The notes under the pieces: model-generated | Database searches by the model: none | What the model was told of the DNA's origin: nothing | What the model saw: only the letters and a program-made list of their open reading frames with translations | Shown: positions 61,629-64,000 of the stretch, one piece after another | Numbering within the stretch: the first letter of the stretch is position 1 | Layout: the number at the start of each line of letters is the position of its first letter | Program-made: the position numbers and the translations under genes | Origin: Felis catus | Taxonomy: Eukaryota | Direction of reading: 5' to 3' | Assembly (NCBI RefSeq): GCF_018350175.1 | Contig: NC_058373.1 | Coordinates: forward strand, 103,232,001-103,296,000 | Length of the DNA: 64,000 bases

Positions 61629-61684
61629 TTGTGTGTGTGTCTGTGTGTGTGTGTGTAGACACACACACACAGACACACACACAA
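61629..61684. repeat. Perfect 26-bp TG/CA inverted repeat with 4-nt loop, inside a MIR (about 61510-61790)
   Basis: ttgtgtgtgtgtctgtgtgtgtgtgt-gtag-acacacacacacagacacacacacaa. Confidence 0.9.
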
Positions 61685-62189
61685 GACAGTATTGTATCCC
61701 CATTTAACAAATGAAACCAGATTCAGCCAAGTGAAAGAACTTGAATCTATTCACACTGTTAGAAGACCCAGACTGGAGTTCGGGTCTTATAATGATGAGT
61801 CAGGTGCTTGTTAGAGCCCCCTACTCCAACTCTGTGTAGCTGTGGAGAGAAACTATCCCTCCTCCACACCTGTGATTTGTGAAACCCTCTGGAAAAGCAG
61901 ACAGAGCACAGAGCCCAGACTGAGTCCCAGCTAGACCACTGAGTGACCTGTAGCCAGTTCCCTAAGTCCATGTATAAACGGGACTCCTGGTCCCATTTCT
62001 TAATAGAAATGACCAGGAGGATGGACCGCATAGAATAGACAGTAAAAGAAGTACTTTATCAGTGGCAGAGAGAAGTAGGGTTTGGACAAGAGAACCTGGG
62101 CTCAAACTCTGTTCCCACTGCCGGTTAACCGGCAATTACAGTAAGTCTCTTAACACTTCAGAACTTCCAGTTCTTTATCCATTAAGACC

Positions 62190-62760
62190 TATGGGTCAGG
62201 TCATGAAGGCCTTGTAAGGCTCTATTAAGGATATGGAAAGTTAGGTCAAGGGCAGGGAGATGCCACAGAAGTATTTTAACTGATTGGATTTCTGTTTTAG
62301 GAAAGTCACTCTGGGTGCAGTATGGAGGGCAAGACTTGAGGTTGGGGTGCCTGTTGGAATAATCTAGTGGCAGGGTGGTGGGGCCTGGCAGTGCAGACGA
62401 AGAGAAATTGACAGATTCCAGAGATGTATAAGAAGCGGCTTTGACCATCTCAGTAAATGTGATTGGATATGGGGGATGAGGTAGAGGGAAGAGACCGGGA
62501 TGATGCTGAAGAGTGTGGATGAGCTTTTACTGATGTTGGCAAGAACGGTTTCATTGAAGTTATGGGGATGAATGCCACATTCTAGACAGGTGATGAGTGA
62601 GAGGGGCGATCAAGTAGAGACTGTGCAAGAAGACAAGTCTTTAAAGGTGTTCAGCCTTCAAGGTGTTAGACAACATAGCATAATAAGTGGAGGGAGATGT
62701 GGACTAAGAGGGGGTTTTAAGAGGAGTGAGTTCTAAGCATGTTTGAATGCTGGCCTGAGG
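62190..62760 (-). mobile_element. L2 fragment, preceded by a MIR piece at about 62055-62185
   Basis: ggtcaggtcatgaaggccttgtaaggc...gttttaggaaagtcactctgggtgcagtatggag...gatgaggtagagggaagag. Confidence 0.75.
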
Positions 62761-63305
62761 AGGCAGTAAATATAGGAAAGAGCTACAGAAGAGGGATTAG
62801 TGGATAATGAGAATTTGATATCCAGGAAGAGGCGGTTCCTAGCACTCCAGCAGAAAGACTGGCCTTGGATGGACTCGCATCTCTGAGGCCTTGTGGTTGC
62901 AGGGAAGATATCAAGTCCTAAAGTCTGGCTACTTGGATTTGAATCTTGCCTCTACCTGATGAGACCCAGTTTCCTTCTCTGCAAAATGGATCACTTAAGG
63001 CAATAAGACAGCTATTATTACTGTTATTAATAATTATCACTATTAATAATTTATGATTTTCTGTATTACCTCTGGTTTTAAATCAGTACATATTTTTTAA
63101 AAATAACAAGCAGAAACTAACAAGGCTTTTTTCAAAGTTGCTAAATTTAAATGTTCTTCAAATCGCCAATCCACATTGAGGCATGCCACGTGCGTTTTCA
63201 TTATTGACGTTTATGGTTGGGAACTGCTGTCTTACCACGTCCTATGGATGATCTGTCTTCACATGTGTAGTAGCATCATTTGTACCACGCAGCTATTCTG
63301 TGACA

Positions 63306-63504
63306 TTTTTTTTAAACGTTTATTTTGAGAGAGAGTGTGCACAAGAGCACGAGTTGGGGAGGGGCAGAGGGAGAGGGAGAATCCCAAGCAGGCTCCACAC
63401 CTAGCATAGTGCCCGACGCGGGGCTCAACCCCACAAGCGCGAGACCATGTCCTGAGCCGAAATCAAGAGTCAGACACCCAGCTGACTGAGCCACCCAGGT
63501 GCCC
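63306..63504 (-). mobile_element. CAN-SINE (older subfamily)
   Basis: SINE body. TSD tattctgtga(c/a)a. Confidence 0.93.
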
Positions 63505-64000
63505 ATATTCTGTGAAAATCTTAAGATTCTAACCTTTTCCACTCACGAGATGGATTTGGAGTTATTTTCTTAAAGAACTATAAATTTCTTAACTTTTAAA
63601 ATCAACGTAAAACATTTATTTTATACCAACAGAAAAAATATAGCCAGCAGAGAGGGAGAACAAGATTGTAAGCAATGTCCCATCCAGTGGCACATTGTGC
63701 AGTCTCTTGTGTACGTGAGTCCAGGTGTCTCAGGGTCAAGTGAAGAAGAGTGGTAAATCTTTTCTCAGGGAGTTTAAAGGCTGTGGGAGAAGAGGTAGAC
63801 ATATTTTGTTTGTAGAGAACCTAGAGGCCTCTTGGGAGAGAAGGGACGGAGTCCATCTGACTCAGAGTCTATGTGACTCTGACACTCAGAGCCCTGGAAA
63901 TATGTCAGGGTGTGCTTGGGGAGTGACCAAGGCCCATAATCCTTGTGAGGAGGAAGAAATCTGGCCTGAGGGCAGGTCCACGTTCTCCTTTGGGGGTGTT

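Noticed and set aside
63185..63242. Second ACGT cluster (CACGTG, TGACGT, CCACGT)
   Set aside because: It overlaps ggttgggaactgctg, which resembles a hAT element terminus, so it may be repeat-derived. Support is weaker than for the 17131 cluster.
1..64000. CRISPR arrays, prokaryotic systems, rRNA, known miRNA or snoRNA
   Set aside because: The DNA is mammalian. I saw no regularly spaced repeat-spacer array and no RNA gene sequence I recognise.

Overview
This is mammalian genomic DNA, almost certainly felid, because it carries more than 20 tRNA-derived CAN-SINEs including near-identical young SINEC_Fc-type copies. It reads as the interior of a long intron of a gene probably transcribed on the + strand. 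That orientation is inferred from T-rich unique sequence and mostly antisense SINEs; I could not identify the host gene. I found no intact protein-coding gene, RNA gene or CRISPR array. The supplied ORFs are SINE/L1/CR1 read-throughs or chance frames. Roughly half the window is layered transposon debris: a full-length but dead 6.45 kb carnivore L1 with target-site duplications (TSDs), several truncated L1s, HAL1, L2, MIR, CR1/L3, MaLR/ERV solo LTRs, MER20 and Tigger elements. The best leads are (1) a very old ERV-L-like pol fossil that seems to have a MIR inside it, (2) a dense GATA/KLF/RUNX enhancer-like module, (3) a frame-preserving 27-nt microexon candidate next to a CTCF motif, (4) a young-looking CpG-rich Tigger-like DNA transposon, (5) a speculative PIF/Harbinger transposase fossil, and (6) a perfect TG/CA palindrome with a mirrored interruption. 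I cannot support a claim of a new biological system from the sequence alone. Repeat subfamily names come from remembered consensus sequences and need Dfam/RepeatMasker confirmation. Boundaries of old elements are approximate.
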